A DNA stretch of 63,808 bases, counting the filler, from Craspedostauros australis (lineage: Eukaryota), in assembly GCA_030167865.1 (NCBI GenBank). It is 13 parts of 13 records of this genome, joined end to end, with 100 filler letters (N's around TTAATTAATTAA, not from the genome) between each part and the next. Parts side by side here need not be neighbours in the genome. Positions count along the whole stretch, not along the records: positions 26,361 to 33,942 come from JALAGF010003561.1; positions 34,043 to 50,949 come from JALAGF010003562.1; 11 more parts are not named here. One strand, 5' to 3'. Below are positions 26,361 to 40,000 of this stretch, one piece after another. The notes below the pieces were generated by a model, which saw only the letters and a program-made list of their open reading frames with translations, was not told the origin of the DNA and made no database searches. Made by a program: the position numbers and the translations under genes. Position 1 is the stretch's first letter; each line of letters opens with the position of its first letter.

Positions 26361-26959
26361 GTGCAGCCCCCATCCAAACAACCATCCCTCTTCCCAACCT
26401 TCAACCAAAACACGTCCGATACGTCCTCCAATGCATCTACACAGGTGAGATATCCTTCGACAACAGCACTCATGAAGACAACGCCAATACTGGTGACGCA
26501 CAGCAGTCAACTCCCATCCTCAATGGACAGGACTATCCGCAACAGCTGATCCTGGTGGCCAACGAGTTCGGCTTCTAGCGACTCAAGCTTGCTCTTGAAG
26601 CAGAGTTGGCCCGCAAGCATCTCACAGAGGACACCTTGATAGACGCATTGATATTTGCCGATCAACACAACTGCGTGGTGTTGAAGGATGCAGCAACGAG
26701 AATGACAGCTGAAGACACACAAACCATGTTCACTGATCCAGATTTCACCAAGCTATTCCAACAGCCTCTACTGCTGCGGGAGGTCCAGGCCCGCTGCAGT
26801 AGGAGAATGGAGAGTGATGGCATTGATGATGAGTACAGTTGCATGTCCATGATGGAGCTGCACGAGGTTATAGATGAGGATGAGGGTACAGCACAAGTGG
26901 ATTCATACATGGATCGGGCGACATTGGTGGACTTCGTGCGCTCTATGAGAACCAATTGA
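26361..26959 (+). pseudogene. BTB/POZ (SPOP-like BTB-BACK) gene fragment with an in-frame TAG at 26576-26578
   Basis: The frame reads LPNLQPKHVRYVLQCIYTGEI...QLILVANEFGF*RLKLALEAELARKHLTEDTLIDALIFADQHNCVVLKDAA. Confidence 0.7.
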
Positions 26960-29204
26960 TCCGAAGTGATTGTGGCGGACGGCACTGCCAAGGAAGAGAA
27001 GTGAAGTAGTTCACTCCAGCAACTGCGCTTGAGGAGCGAACACGTCATGCAGTGGAGTAGCGCAGATGACAAAGGCTGAGCGATTCGATACCAATTAGAT
27101 ATTCTCTATATTACTTAAACAAGAGAGCCTTCAGACTCGAATGGAGTGAGACCTGTACGAGTAGTCGCGGTGCAAGAAGATGACGAATGATCAATCCAAT
27201 GCCGCATCGCACATGCCAAGTCATGCATCAATTCGACGCCAACGCTTGTGTTGAGTGAAAAGACGAAAGTTGGTTTGCACGTGCCGAAGAGAGTGTCACA
27301 AGCGGAACTACCACGACATCAACCGATCACTCGATCATTGTGAAGTTCAGTTGAGCGGCGTTTTGATGCGACGGGGAAACGAGATGGTTGTGAATGTGAG
27401 TGCAGGTGGGCGAGGAGCATGGGATATGAGTGCCGTCAAGCTGGTGCCTTGGAGTCAGCACCATGGAGCCTCCACTGGATTCACACTCATACTCGTCGCA
27501 TTTACCACTGGTGTCTCGTGATACACGAGCGTTTGCTTTGTTGGTCGGGCCAGCCATTGGGGCAGCAGATGAGCCAAGCAACGAAGCAAGAACCATTCGC
27601 CTCACCAATTGCACTTTGGTCATGCCTTATGCGATCGTTCACCGCCGGCGGAGTACGCGAGGCTTGATGCGGTCCAACCACTTGGCGGGGTTGGCCACTA
27701 CTCTAGCGTCCAAAGCAATGCGGCTCGTGCCCAGTGCATTGGTGCCATGCGATGCTTCGCTGCCAAGCCGTTGCTTTCCACACGTCAGGATGAATTCGCC
27801 GCAGTCTTGCTCAGTGCTTCAGCTTGACGACTTGGGGATTGGCATCATCGAACGATAGATACGCGGAACCGAAGTCGACGCCAAGAGATCGCGCGCATCT
27901 TCCACATGATGCGTGGTCCGACCTCTCATCTGAACTTGTCCGCGCAATGCGTGTGTCTGCCTTGTTCAGGCGGCGGAATTGAAGTAGCGAAGACCGCGCT
28001 CATCATCTCGGAGGTGTTTGTACCAACAGTCGGACGAGTGGAGGGAAGTGTGCTTGTACGAGCATCGTGGTGGTCGGAGACCATGGTGTGGTCAGTGTGC
28101 TGTGTTGTGGTGAGCACGTCTCTCTTGGTTGTTGTTGGTGATGGATTCTTGTTCTCGTTTGTTGGCGTGTTGTTGATTGATTCAAGTCACGCACGTGACT
28201 CGTCTAACCGACGCACGTACAGCGCGCAGAGCAAGGCGAGCCAGACCTCAACTCCCAATCTAATCAATACAGTCAGTCTCTCATGGCGCACAACATCGAT
28301 CCGCACACTCTGTCCTATTGGCACTTGTCTCCTTGTGGCGTGCGCGTTGGCGAGCAGAACATCATTGTTTGTGTGTGGCTCGTGAGGGTGCTCGTTGCTG
28401 CCATAGTAACCTCACTGAGGCGCGGCGCACAGTGATGAATCAATCGGCAGAAGAACAAATGAAAAAAGGTGGTGTGCCCTCATGATTGGCTGTTCTGACC
28501 GTTGTGAACAGTCTGAACATGATGCCGCGAAATAATGAACTTTAGAGAGCAACGCAAACAAACAGCAGCGTTGCTGACAATGACAATGGATGCAACCCAT
28601 GGCGCTGCGCACTAGTGGTACTTGCCATACATGCCATCGCAATTCCACGGGATAGAGCCCCAAGGCAAGGCTCGGAACAATTACGGAAGGTGCCACGAAC
28701 CCACAAACTACAGGCACGAGAAAGCGAAGGACGTCCTGCGCTATCAGCATAGCCAAGGCACCGAGGCAGGTGGGTTGCGTGTCAGCCAGCGGCAGCCTTT
28801 GCGCATTCTCACCGTTCGCGCTTGGCTCTGTCTTTGTCGAAAGTTGAAACCAGCTTCGGAACCAACGTAGAAGCCGACTGGAGTACTCTCTCTCTCTCCA
28901 GAGCAGAGAGCATTACTCTCTGGCGTCTGCCTCGAATTGAGTTGCGGTGCTTGCCTGGTGGGACACACGCTCCGGACCACAAATCGCCTTGGAGATAGAC
29001 CACACAAGGAAAGATAAAAGACGAAAGTCGAGCAAGCAGGAGGGCGCATGCAAGCTGGGTTGTGAGACGCTGAAGAGATCCAACGGATCACACGACGCTG
29101 GAGCAGCTGCTGCCACCACAGATGGAGCAAGACAATTTCGTTATCTCGCCTTGCTTTATCGAATTGCTTCTTCGAATTGTGCATCGATCATCAGCGACAG
29201 CACC

Positions 29205-32200
29205 ATGAAGATGCTCGCTGTCTCTGTCGTTGCCATGATGGCCATGATAGCCATGGTGATCACGGTGACGATGGCAACGGCAACGGCAACGAAACATCCG
29301 AAGAAAGTCACCAAGCCGACCAAGAAGATGAAAAAGGCCAACGACTCCGACGCCTTTCCACCCATCGCTCGCAGAGACCCGAAAGATGATGGAACGTGCA
29401 TCAACACCGACGATCCAACTCCTATCAGCCAGTACGCCATTCTGACCGTCCTCGCGCGTCGCAACACTCTCCTGAACAACGCTGAGGATGTCCGCACTCT
29501 GCTGGAGACCAACTTCGTCGATGCGTACAACGCCGTGGCCAGCTGCGCCCAAAATGGGGCTTTCTACACTCTCACGTCCATGTCCATCCTGAGGTCCAGC
29601 ATTGGCTCCACCTTCATCGTCACTGATCCATCCGCGAATGGCGGTCGCAGGCTGCAGGATGCGGAAGAGGCCGAGGAAATTGACTTCCTCATCTTCATGG
29701 AAGGAGAGTGCGTCGGTTGTCCTGATATTGGCGGTGACAGCGGGCCTGTCTTTATCGACCAGATCGATCCATCTATCCTGGATCAGACTCAGCGTCGCAT
29801 GATGCAGATGTGGCAGCATCAGGAAGGGTCTTCCGGCAAGGCAGCTACTGATACAGTTGCAACTGCCAAACCTCGCGTCAAAGCCCATCATCAGACGCAG
29901 ACATATGCAAACACACAGGCAAACACAGATGTGCAGGTAGATGTAGGCAACCACCAACCACACAGAGGCAGCGGGGCAAAGGACAACAAGCAACCTGGAG
30001 TGGAGAGATCCGCCATGTACGGCCTCTCCGATGATCTGCGAGATGACAACGATGTCGAAGACGCAATTGAACCCTCCGCACCATCATCACGACCACGGAG
30101 AAAGCGCGGCCGCCTCGAGCCACGACGACACCTGGACGGTTCGAAGGAGCGCATCCACAATGGCGTCTCCTTCTCCCTTCTGCACAGACGCTCGCTCAAC
30201 ACAAAGAGCGACGATAGCAAGGACAAGGACAGAAGTGGCAACAGAAAGAAGGAGACCAAGGCCAACAGCGGTGACGACAACGCTGGCACTGGCGCTAGTG
30301 GAGAAGGGGATGGAGATGGCGAGACACCCGACGGACAAGCTCCCAAGTCCACGCAGGGCGCCAAGAGCGTCAAGGCATCCAGGTTCTCAGAACCCACGTC
30401 GGCTCCAACTGGTTCCACTGATCCCAATGGACCAGCGCCTGGACCGGACACCACTGCAGCACCGTTCGGAAAGAGCAGCAAAATGGAATCACCTTCCTCC
30501 GTGCCTTCCGAATCGCAGAAACAATCCAAGGCGGGATCGCCCATGCCGAAAGGCACGGGCACCAGCACCAAGATGTCCAAGTCGGAAAATGGTTCAAAGG
30601 AGTGCATTTGCTTTCCACCAACTATCTCTGCCGTCATCAACGAGTACGACGCCGCCATCCAAACCGCCGCTACCATCGGTATCGACGCCATCCTCTCTCT
30701 CGTCCTCGTGGACCCCTCCACCGCATGCACCGCCGACGACTTCGAGACCCGTACCGCCACCGTCCTAGTCACCATCCAGATCGACCCATCACTGTCTTCC
30801 ACGGCCGGTGGTGGTCTCACAGACGGACAGGTGGAGCAGTTCGAGGATGATCTAATGAACGAGTACAACGCGCAAAACAGCGGCGCGCTCAACGACCAGT
30901 CCTGCGACCCCTTCTTCAGACGCGTCATCAACGTCGAGCTGGTGCAGGTCGTCGAAGGCTACAGCCGCCGTCTCCAAGATTCCAACAAGGATCCTTCATT
31001 CCACGGCCATCGCAACATGCAAACTTCTACTGACTTCAGCGCCTCTATTGGTGTCTCCACCTACATCTCAATCTACACCTTCTTTTGCTTCAGCTGCGAA
31101 TCGGGCACGCTGCTCTACGACGACGTCGACTTTGTCACGGTTCGTCGCGGCCGTGCGCTCAACGAAGAAGGTGATACCTACGACGACAGTGCTGACAACA
31201 GCAACATCGAAGGCGAATATGGCTACTCATCCTGGACGGCCGAGGAGTTCACCCCATCTCAACACCACGAAGACGACCCACGCTTTGCCGACATCCTCAA
31301 AGCTATCAACGCCCACAAGGCGAAGGAAAGTACATATGCAAATGCAGGTGCAGATGCTGGAGCCGGAACCGGAACCGGCGTCCAACCTGAAGACAGTCCA
31401 TTCGGTCCACCGCTCAATATCAACAACCATCGCCAGCTGCAGTCTGCCATCGCCGACCATCGCTCTTTGCAGGGTGGCCCTGACGATACCATCAATCCAG
31501 ACATCGACTGTCTCTGCAGTGCCAACGCAACGCAGGAAGGTGTCACGGAGCAGCAGATCCTCAACGCTCTCAACGAGACCCTCCAGAGCAACAACATCGA
31601 CCCCATTCTCTCCATCACCAACCTTCAGGAGGTACAGGAGATCGACTGCTCTGACACCGTCGATGACGAACAGGTGTTCGACATTCGCATCGCCATCGAG
31701 CTCCTGGTCTGTGAGGACGACCAGCAGGTTTCATCTCTCTCCCTCGACGACCCTCGCGTCCCAGAGCTCGAGGCCACCTTCGCCACCACCTACAACGACC
31801 TGGTCGCCGAGAGATACTGCGATCCCTTCTTCCGCGTCATCAACAACGTCACCTTCACGAGTATCATCACGGACGGATCTACGGTCGTGCCGGAGGAGAT
31901 CAGCGGATCTATCGCCGTCAGTATCGAGGCCATCGTCACCCTGCGATGCCGTGGATGCGATCCGGCTGTCACCACGCTCTATGCCGAGGGGCCCTTGCTC
32001 GCCACCATGTCCGGTCGTAGGCATTCTCGCAAGATGCAATACACCGATCATGCCTCCAATCGTGGTGCTCACGATGGTGGTGCCCACGATGGTGGTGCTC
32101 ACGATAGCGGTGCTCACGATAGCGGTGACTACGATGGTACCAGTGATATTGGACATGACATGGGTGACCTCATCAACGAACAGCTCACCGACCATCTTCG

Positions 32201-33942
32201 AAGCAGCATTAATGCAAATGGCGATGTCGACGGTGATGTGGACGGTGGTATCAATGGCAGCGACAGCGATAGTCATACTCTTGGTGATAGTGATGGCGAT
32301 GATAGCACCAACGTGCTCAAACGAACAGCCGCGGATGCCAGACTCCATATCAACGACAATCGTGCCTGCACATCCAACAGCGTCACACATCCCTACGATG
32401 CCACGACCACCTCCATCAGTTCTGCAGGCAGGGCCTTGGGCGCCGACTCCGCAACGCGCGGCGGCGACAGCAGTGGCTCAAGAAAGCCAAGGAGGACAAA
32501 CGAGCTCACCGAAACCTGCTACTGCGACATCGCTCCCATCGCGGAACGATCGCCATCCGAGGCAGAGCTCATGGCGGTGTACAACATCAACGTGCAGGAC
32601 CTCGGATTAGCCTGCATCGTTGGTGTCAATGAATGTCCACCGCGTGAACCCTTCACCACGGAATTCTACGTTCAGTTCACGGACACCAACTTTGGCAACC
32701 CGACCCCGGGCCAAACATCCCTATCTTTCCAAGAGGTTGAAGACCTGGTCAATGACGTCGCCCAGGTCTTCCTCAATCTCTACAACAGTACCGACAGCGA
32801 CGGCCAAGACAATTGCGACCCCGGCTTCCGTGACCTCGCCACCGTCACCACGATCGTCAGCGTCCAGATCAACAACGAAGGAGAAACGTTCACCTTCAAT
32901 TCAAATCGATTCCTCATGGATGCGGAATCCAAAACCATGCACCTGGACAACGAAGGCAGGGATGACCTTGATTTCGATCGTAGCCAGCCATACTTTGATG
33001 CCGCCATCCATGCCAACGGCCACGGTGACGGTCATAGAAAGCTGCAGACATCCGTCGATTTCAGTCAATACGATCCCAACAACCCAACGCTCTCCATACT
33101 GGTCACCGGACTCGGAACCTGCATATTCTGCTCCTCGTACTTTGGCTTTGGAAATGACATCACAGGATCCTCCTTCGTCACTGTGAGAAAGCAGCGTCAT
33201 CTCTTCGCGAGCGGTGAAGACAGCTTCGGCAGAGTCGGCAGCGCAGATTTTCACGCAGATACTGGCATGGACATCCATGCCCGTACTGCCCCGAGCATGG
33301 TGACTGAGGGTGTGGCTGCGACTGTGACTGTGGGCGTGACGGACAACCTCGCCGATTCTGGCATCCGATCCAGCAACATCCCAGATTTCATGCACGAGTA
33401 TGATGGAGTTGCCAACCTCCGACGCCTACAGTCGGATATCGACACCGAAGGAGTCCGAGAAGATGAATCTCAGTGCTACTGCGGCGTTGGAACCAACCAG
33501 ATCATTATCTTCAACGTCGACGACTTCCGCGACGAGATCGACGAAGAAGTCGACCTCCCACCCAACATCACCCTCGATGACGTCCAGCTGGTCCAGACAC
33601 AAGATTGTGAGGCAGAGACGAATGACTTCGCGCCGGAAGACTTGCAGGCCATGCTGCTGATGGTGCCAGACGTGTCCGCCTCCGACCTGGAGAGCTTCTC
33701 CGCCATCTTCGAGATGGTGTACAACGAGCTGGCAGCTCAGTACTGCGATATGCTCTTCCGACGCGTCGTCGTGGGAAGCGCGATCGCCACCATCAACATC
33801 CCCGGTGGACAAACACCGAATTCGGACGGATGCGTTCTCGGTGACATCACCATGGAGACCGACGGAAGATGCCGTGGATGCGGTGATGGCACGCCGTTGG
33901 TGGACGAAGATCCTTCTGCAACGTCCCCCACCACCGGAGGTG
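29205..33942 (+). CDS. Very large (>1570 aa) secreted modular Cys-rich protein with RxL motifs and a KxxK region; candidate cell-wall/extracellular protein; 3' end truncated
   Basis: Single long ORF with a hydrophobic signal after ATG 29205, about five repeats of YN...CDPFFRRV...CxGC...CxC, and many RRLQ/HRxLQ/RxL motifs. Confidence 0.85.
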
Positions 33943-34042
33943 NNNNNNNNNNNNNNNNNNNNNNNNNNNNNNNNNNNNNNNNNNNNTTAATTAATTAANN
34001 NNNNNNNNNNNNNNNNNNNNNNNNNNNNNNNNNNNNNNNNNN

Positions 34043-34517
34043 CGTCCCAATGCTGTCGCCCACCACCAACACCCTGAGCTACCACATGAACCGCATCTCC
34101 TGCCGTTCCTGCCCCGTCGGCTTCCTGCGATGGTCGTGGAAGGCATACTTGCAGCTACCAAACACCGGCAAGGAAGAGGAAGACGGAAGCTTCGGCATGG
34201 ACTCCGCGATGAAGGCGTGGAAGGAATCTCCAATCTACCACAACAAGACCCTGCGTCGCCTGTGTGATCCGTTGAGGGAGGGCGGTGTTCCGTTTGCAGC
34301 ATTGAAAGATCTTCCCATCTTCGTTTCCACCAACACCGCCGATCCGTTGCATGACGAAGGCAAAGAATTGGCTGATCAGCTGCGCGCCAACGGTTGCACC
34401 GCGGTGGAGTATCATGAGCACCGTGGCAGCCACTGCATCGGGTACGCCGTGGATGCGAATGCGGAAGAGGATCGGCTGGTGTCTTACAGTCGTACAATGT
34501 TCGGACATGGGAAGTAG
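34043..34517 (+). CDS. Last exon of an HSL-family alpha/beta hydrolase (5' truncated)
   Basis: Catalytic Asp (ADPLHDEG) and His (RGSHC) regions. The first 84 nt are identical to 54455-54538, the start of exon 3 of the 52819 gene. Confidence 0.85.
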
Positions 34518-34842
34518 GTATGGTATGATGTAGTTGAGCGAGGGAGAAGTATCCTTGAGGGAAGAAGCAGTGCCACATGTTGTGCGAGCAGCGAATAGAA
34601 AGAATAGTACAATTAGTTCGTTTATTTTTGGAGCACCTCGACTTCCTGTTGTGATGAACATCAGTTGACCGTCCGGACCTTGGCGATCGCGCTACAAGAT
34701 CGGAATAACGCTATCTGAACAAGTGCAACGGATTCGCGCGACAGACTCGAGCTCCCCACACCGCAAACAACTCAGAGACCTGTCTCTGTGACCATGGATG
34801 GCACGAGACGCGAATCTACACACAGATCACGCGCACCTGTCC

Positions 34843-35992
34843 TCACGATCGCAGCTGATCCGCCACGAACTCGTACGTAATGAATCCAACCATGCTAGCA
34901 GGAATCGCACGTGCAAGCTTCCATCCAAATCCACGGTACAGCCCGGTCAGGGCATTTCCGTTGGATTCGGCGATCAATTCTTGAGCCGTGGCGATGATGC
35001 CATGCTGCGGTTGTGCCGATGCTTGGATTCGCGTCTTGATGAGATCGAACGGGTATCCCACGCCCCACGCGACGGTCGCGGCGATACCGCCGGAGACCAA
35101 TGGGACCGTGACTTGATTGGCAGGCGTCTCCTTCCATGCTTCGGTGAGGGTGGTCTTGGAATATTCATAGGTGGCGAACCAGACTGTTGGTGGAGATCAG
35201 GAGAACGTTGTGGAAATGAGGCAGTGCAAGAAGACGAGGTCCGCCGCAGGAAGAATGGGATGGAATGGAATAGCATTACAAGTCAGCATCATTCATTGGT
35301 TGCTAGGATAGCAGCAGTCCAAGAGGTTGGTCCGGCTTGCGCACGTCACCTCACTCCGTCAATGCGACTCAGTCCATTCCAATCCCGAGTCCTCGAGAGT
35401 AGCGTGAAGTGCATCACTGCGTGGTGCATTTGTACGATCGCAAACAGCACGTCAGCACATCCAATCGCGCAATATCCACACTCGCACACATGCTCGCACA
35501 AATTGACCTACCTCCATGCGGAATACCATCCCTCCACAAGGTCGCGGTCAACCCCCGCCACGACGAGGCATTCCAAAAGCCCCTGACCAATTCCAAACTC
35601 GCCGTCTTGGCCGACTGCCCGATGACTTGCTGATGCACCTTGATCAATTCGACGGGACTCATGAGGAAGCTCTGCACGATGCCACCGACGCACCCGCCCA
35701 CGAAGACGCTCGTGAGCACGTTGTCGCCGCCTTCCGCATACTGCTTGCCGATGCCGTACCCGCCCATCAGCAACGCATTCTGGAACGGCACGGCACCGAT
35801 CATGGCCGACGAACCACGCCACAAGGCCCGCACGCCGTTGGAGCGCACGAAGGTCTTGGTCTGTGTCATTGTCGCGACGCCGGCCTGGTACCGCGTGAGG
35901 GCTGTATCGACTGGTTGGCACGTGAGGACGCCGACGGCGCCGCTGCACCAGCCCGCGATGAAATCGATGGACGTTTCGGAGATCTTTGTCAT
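34843..35992 (-). CDS. Mitochondrial carrier family protein (carnitine/basic-amino-acid carrier-like). Exons 35992-35512 and 35183-34843.
   Basis: Three Px[D/E]xx[K/R]-type repeats (QPVDTALTR, SPVELIKV, YPFDLIKTR). The GT-AG join restores RDGIPHG-VWFATYE. Confidence 0.92.
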
Positions 35993-37013
35993 CGTTGGAA
36001 GCGTAGGGATGGAGTGTATTCAGTGGTGATTGGTTTGTACTCGTACGACTATAACATGTAAGAGCAAGAGGGTCGTGTCTGTTTGTGTGGTTGCGTGCTT
36101 GTGAAGGACGAAATGTTTCCCGGAATTGTGTGTTGTCATCGTATCTTTTCTTCCGGACGATTTTGCGGAGACTTCAGTCTATCATTTAAATTTAGACTAC
36201 AATATGGAGTCAAACCAGTCAAGAACAGAAAATGACCGTGACGTCATGTGCGACAAAGCCTGGCCTAAATGGATGCACGAACGACACAAACGAAAACGCC
36301 CAAACAAATTCGTTCAGTGGTGTGAGAAAGTCAAACTTGTCCACCATTGTTCCTGTATTGCGACCAACGCTGCTCGAGAAAGATGGGAGCGATCATGAGA
36401 GAGGAAGCGAAGGTAGAAGGAGGAAGGAGCAACCAAGATGACAAGAAAGAGCGCCAACGTCGCATAGTTAGGTTTCTCGGAAAGCTGCAATCAACACAAG
36501 GATCGTGTCTGGTGCTTGGCTCTCTGGGAAAGCAGACTACACTCAAAGAAGGCACCTGTGCGAGCAGAGCAATAGATTGCAACCAACATCATATCGACTT
36601 GAGAGAGAGAGAGAGAGAGAGAGCATCACATCATCATCATCATCATCACGAAAGAGGGAAAAGCTGCAGAGATCCGTGGCGAAGTCAGCCGGATCGAACT
36701 TCGCAGTGCGGATCGCATCGCCGATTGGTGCTCTCCCTGTTCTTGTGACTCTCACCATCCATACATAGATCATACCAGTACACGCACTGTGCAGGGCGGG
36801 TCGTCTTCTTTCCCACTGCATCGCATCGCATTGAGTTGCATCGCATTGAGTTGCATCGCGTTCGAGGAAGGAAACAAGCAACACACAAAATCCAGACTTC
36901 GCTCTTCGTCACTGCTGGCGCATTAGCAGCTCGTACGGAGTGTTCGAAGGCATTGTGAACAACGACCTGCGTTGTCGCAACCAGCAATACTCCAACAATC
37001 ACAAGGACAGGCA

Positions 37014-40000
37014 ATGGCAATGACGATGACATCGACAAAGAGAAAGATGAGACGTTCTGCCAATGAGGTGCGACCTCTTCTGCTGCTGCTGTTGGCTGCG
37101 TGCCTCTTTGCTTTCATTCCACCGGCTCTGGCCGCCACGCCCAACGTCATCGTCAGCGTCTCCGATCCCAGCGACGGCTCCACCGGGTTTGAATTCGCCG
37201 ACGGCGTCTCCACCCAATGGATGGCCAAACGAGCGGACTTCGGCAGCGAGCGCAAGGAAGTCTCGGGCACCATCGTGCTGCCGCCGCCCCAAGATCCTTA
37301 CCTCTGCGACTTTGTCAACTTCACCCTCAACGGCGGCGCCGATCCCGACGTCACCTTCATCAGCGACGCCTTGATTCGGCCGCAGCAAGCAGACGCGGCG
37401 GACGATATCATCATCGTCGTGCCGCGCGGCCAATGCACCTTCGAACGCAAATCCGTCGCGGCGAGCTCCCTCTACGGTGCCGTGGGCGTCATCATCACGG
37501 ACAGCATCGAGGCACGCTACTCCTTCGATGACAACATCAACCGCGTCCTGTATCCGGCGTCGCGGCGCGATTACGAATGCGGAAACGGCAAGGCCATCAT
37601 GATTGCGCAGAACGGAACCCTGCCGACCGAGTCTCCGTTCATGCCGGCGCTGGATCCGCCGCGATATGACGGTGCCGTCCACGATTCCTTCTTTGATATG
37701 GACCGAACGCAGACGGCGACGTGTCCGTTGCAGTCTCGATCTTCGTGTCCATCCAATCTCTGTCTCGTCACGACGCCGCTGGCATCCAGCAGAGTGCCAA
37801 GCTCCATCCGAGACGAAGCGACGACGGACAGCGCCAAGTACTTCCAAGTATGCTGCGCATGGGACTTGCCACTCACGATGCAGCCGGATAAAACCATCGC
37901 GAATCGAGACACCCTGCAGTCCTCTTCCAACGACATCGTCTCCATCTTCATGACGATCCGCCAATCGGAGGCTCTGTACGACCATCTCGGCATCCCGGAC
38001 TTTGCCAACGCCCTCGACAGCGCCACCAACATCCCGCTCGTTTCCATGAAGATCAAGGCGCGTCATACCTCCGCTTTCAACGCGTCCATGATCCTCATGT
38101 GGATGCTGGGCACGGCCGTCACGGGCGTCGCGTGCTGGTACGCTGCGGCCAATTATCGGTACTTTGGGGATAAGGTCAAGTACCAACGTGAGAAACGCAA
38201 GAACGGATATAACGAGGAGGAAGATCTCAGCGACGATGAAGGCGAAGACGATGCAGACAACGAACAGAATATGGGCAGCCTTGCGCGTCGGCGTATGGAG
38301 CGTGAACGGCAACAGCAGCGGCCGCCATCCCAGCAACGACCATCGCAGCGCAAACGTCGTGACCACAACGACGACAAGGAACATGATAAGAGCATCGACG
38401 AGGAAACTGGAATGTCCATGCCGCCATCGTCGCCCACCGCGTCCACACAGTCTTCACCACAACAGCGCAAACAGCGACACAAACGTCCCACACCGCCATC
38501 GGATCCTCGCATTCCAACGTCACTGTCCACCATGGACGATGAATCACCCCAAAAGACCAAACCGCCGTCGTCGAAGCGCAAGAAGAAAAAGAAGAAAAAA
38601 CCTGCGTTAGATCGATTCGAGGATGAGATGCCATTTGGCAGCACGCAAAGTATTTCTGTCGCTAGCGACGACAACGACGTGAGTATGGATAATCAAGTTG
38701 TCGTCAATCAAGATGAGAGCGTCGATGTCGTCGTCAAGAAGAAAAAGAAGAAAGCCAAAAAGAAGGTCAAGAAGCCACCGTCCAGCGATGACGAAGGCGA
38801 AGCTGCTGCCACGGATGCTCCCAAGCCAAAGAGCAAGAAGAAGAAGAAGAAAAAGCCGAAGAAGGAAGAAGAAGTCTTCGAGCTGTACTCCTTGCCACCA
38901 CGCGGCAGCTCATCCAGGAACATCAAGCCAGAGAGCAATTCCGGCAGCAACGACAACAACAACGACAATAATGGAAAGACGGGCAGCGGCACGGCGGCTC
39001 CGTCTCAATGGTCCCCCCAGGGGTCATTCGAACTGCAATCCTACCACGTGGCTGTCTTCGCCGTCGTCGCCAGCATTATGCTCATGCTCCTCTTCTTCTT
39101 CAATCTCTACAATGGCGTCACCGTCCTCTACGGCATCGGTTGTGCTGGAGCCGTCTCCCACCTCATCTTCGGACCCAGCATCGTTCGGTTGGTCCCCAGA
39201 TATTTGGGACGGGAAGTCAGCGACGAACTCAATCGCGAAATCACCTGCAGCCTCACGGGATACGACATCATCTCGCAAGGCCTCGGTTTCATCTGGTCCG
39301 CCGTCTGGCTATGGTACGGTCTCACCCACTACCGACCATCCCGCAACTGGTTCTTCTGGATGACGATGGACATCTTCGGTTCCAGCTTCTGTTTCCTGGT
39401 CCTCAGCCTGCTCAAGCTCAATTCCATCAAGATCGCCACCCTCTTCATGGTCACCATCTTCTTTTACGATATCTTCTTCGTCTTCATCACGCCCTTGATC
39501 TTTGGCGGAGAATCCGTCATGATCGTGGTGGCCAGCGGTGGGCGCAGCAGCGGTGATTCGACCGCGGATGATTTTTGGTACGTCTCTTGCATGTGGTTGT
39601 GTGATTTGTGCTTGGGTATGCCGTGCTGTTATGCCATGGTGCGTTGTGGTGTGCTATGCATATCCAGCTCTTCATTGCTAACACGTTTTCATTCATTGAT
39701 CCGTCGTTCATTCATTCATTCATTCATTCATTCATTCATTCATTCATTCATTCATTCATTCATTCATTGTAGCGTCAAATACCCAGATGACAAGGACTGC
39801 ACTGGCATCGACTTTTTGCCGATGCTGTTGATCCTTCCACGCATCAACGATTATCTGCAACGATCAGTCCTGTTGGGATTGGGTGATATCGTCCGTAAGT
39901 GGATTCGATGGGTGTTACGTGCTTTCGTGCGTTGTTGCCATGTTGACCTGGGAGAGACGACGGCGTCTGTGTTCGTTGTATCATTTGTGGATGATCAGCA

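Noticed and set aside
27000..28900. Short ORFs between the BTB pseudogene and the giant ORF
   Set aside because: No motifs or consistent coding frame; treated as intergenic.
39578..39772. SPPL intron 1 as coding sequence (the ORF reads through it)
   Set aside because: It has GT-AG ends and a (CATT)n tract, and splicing restores a sensible DDFCVKYP sequence. The open frame is probably coincidental.
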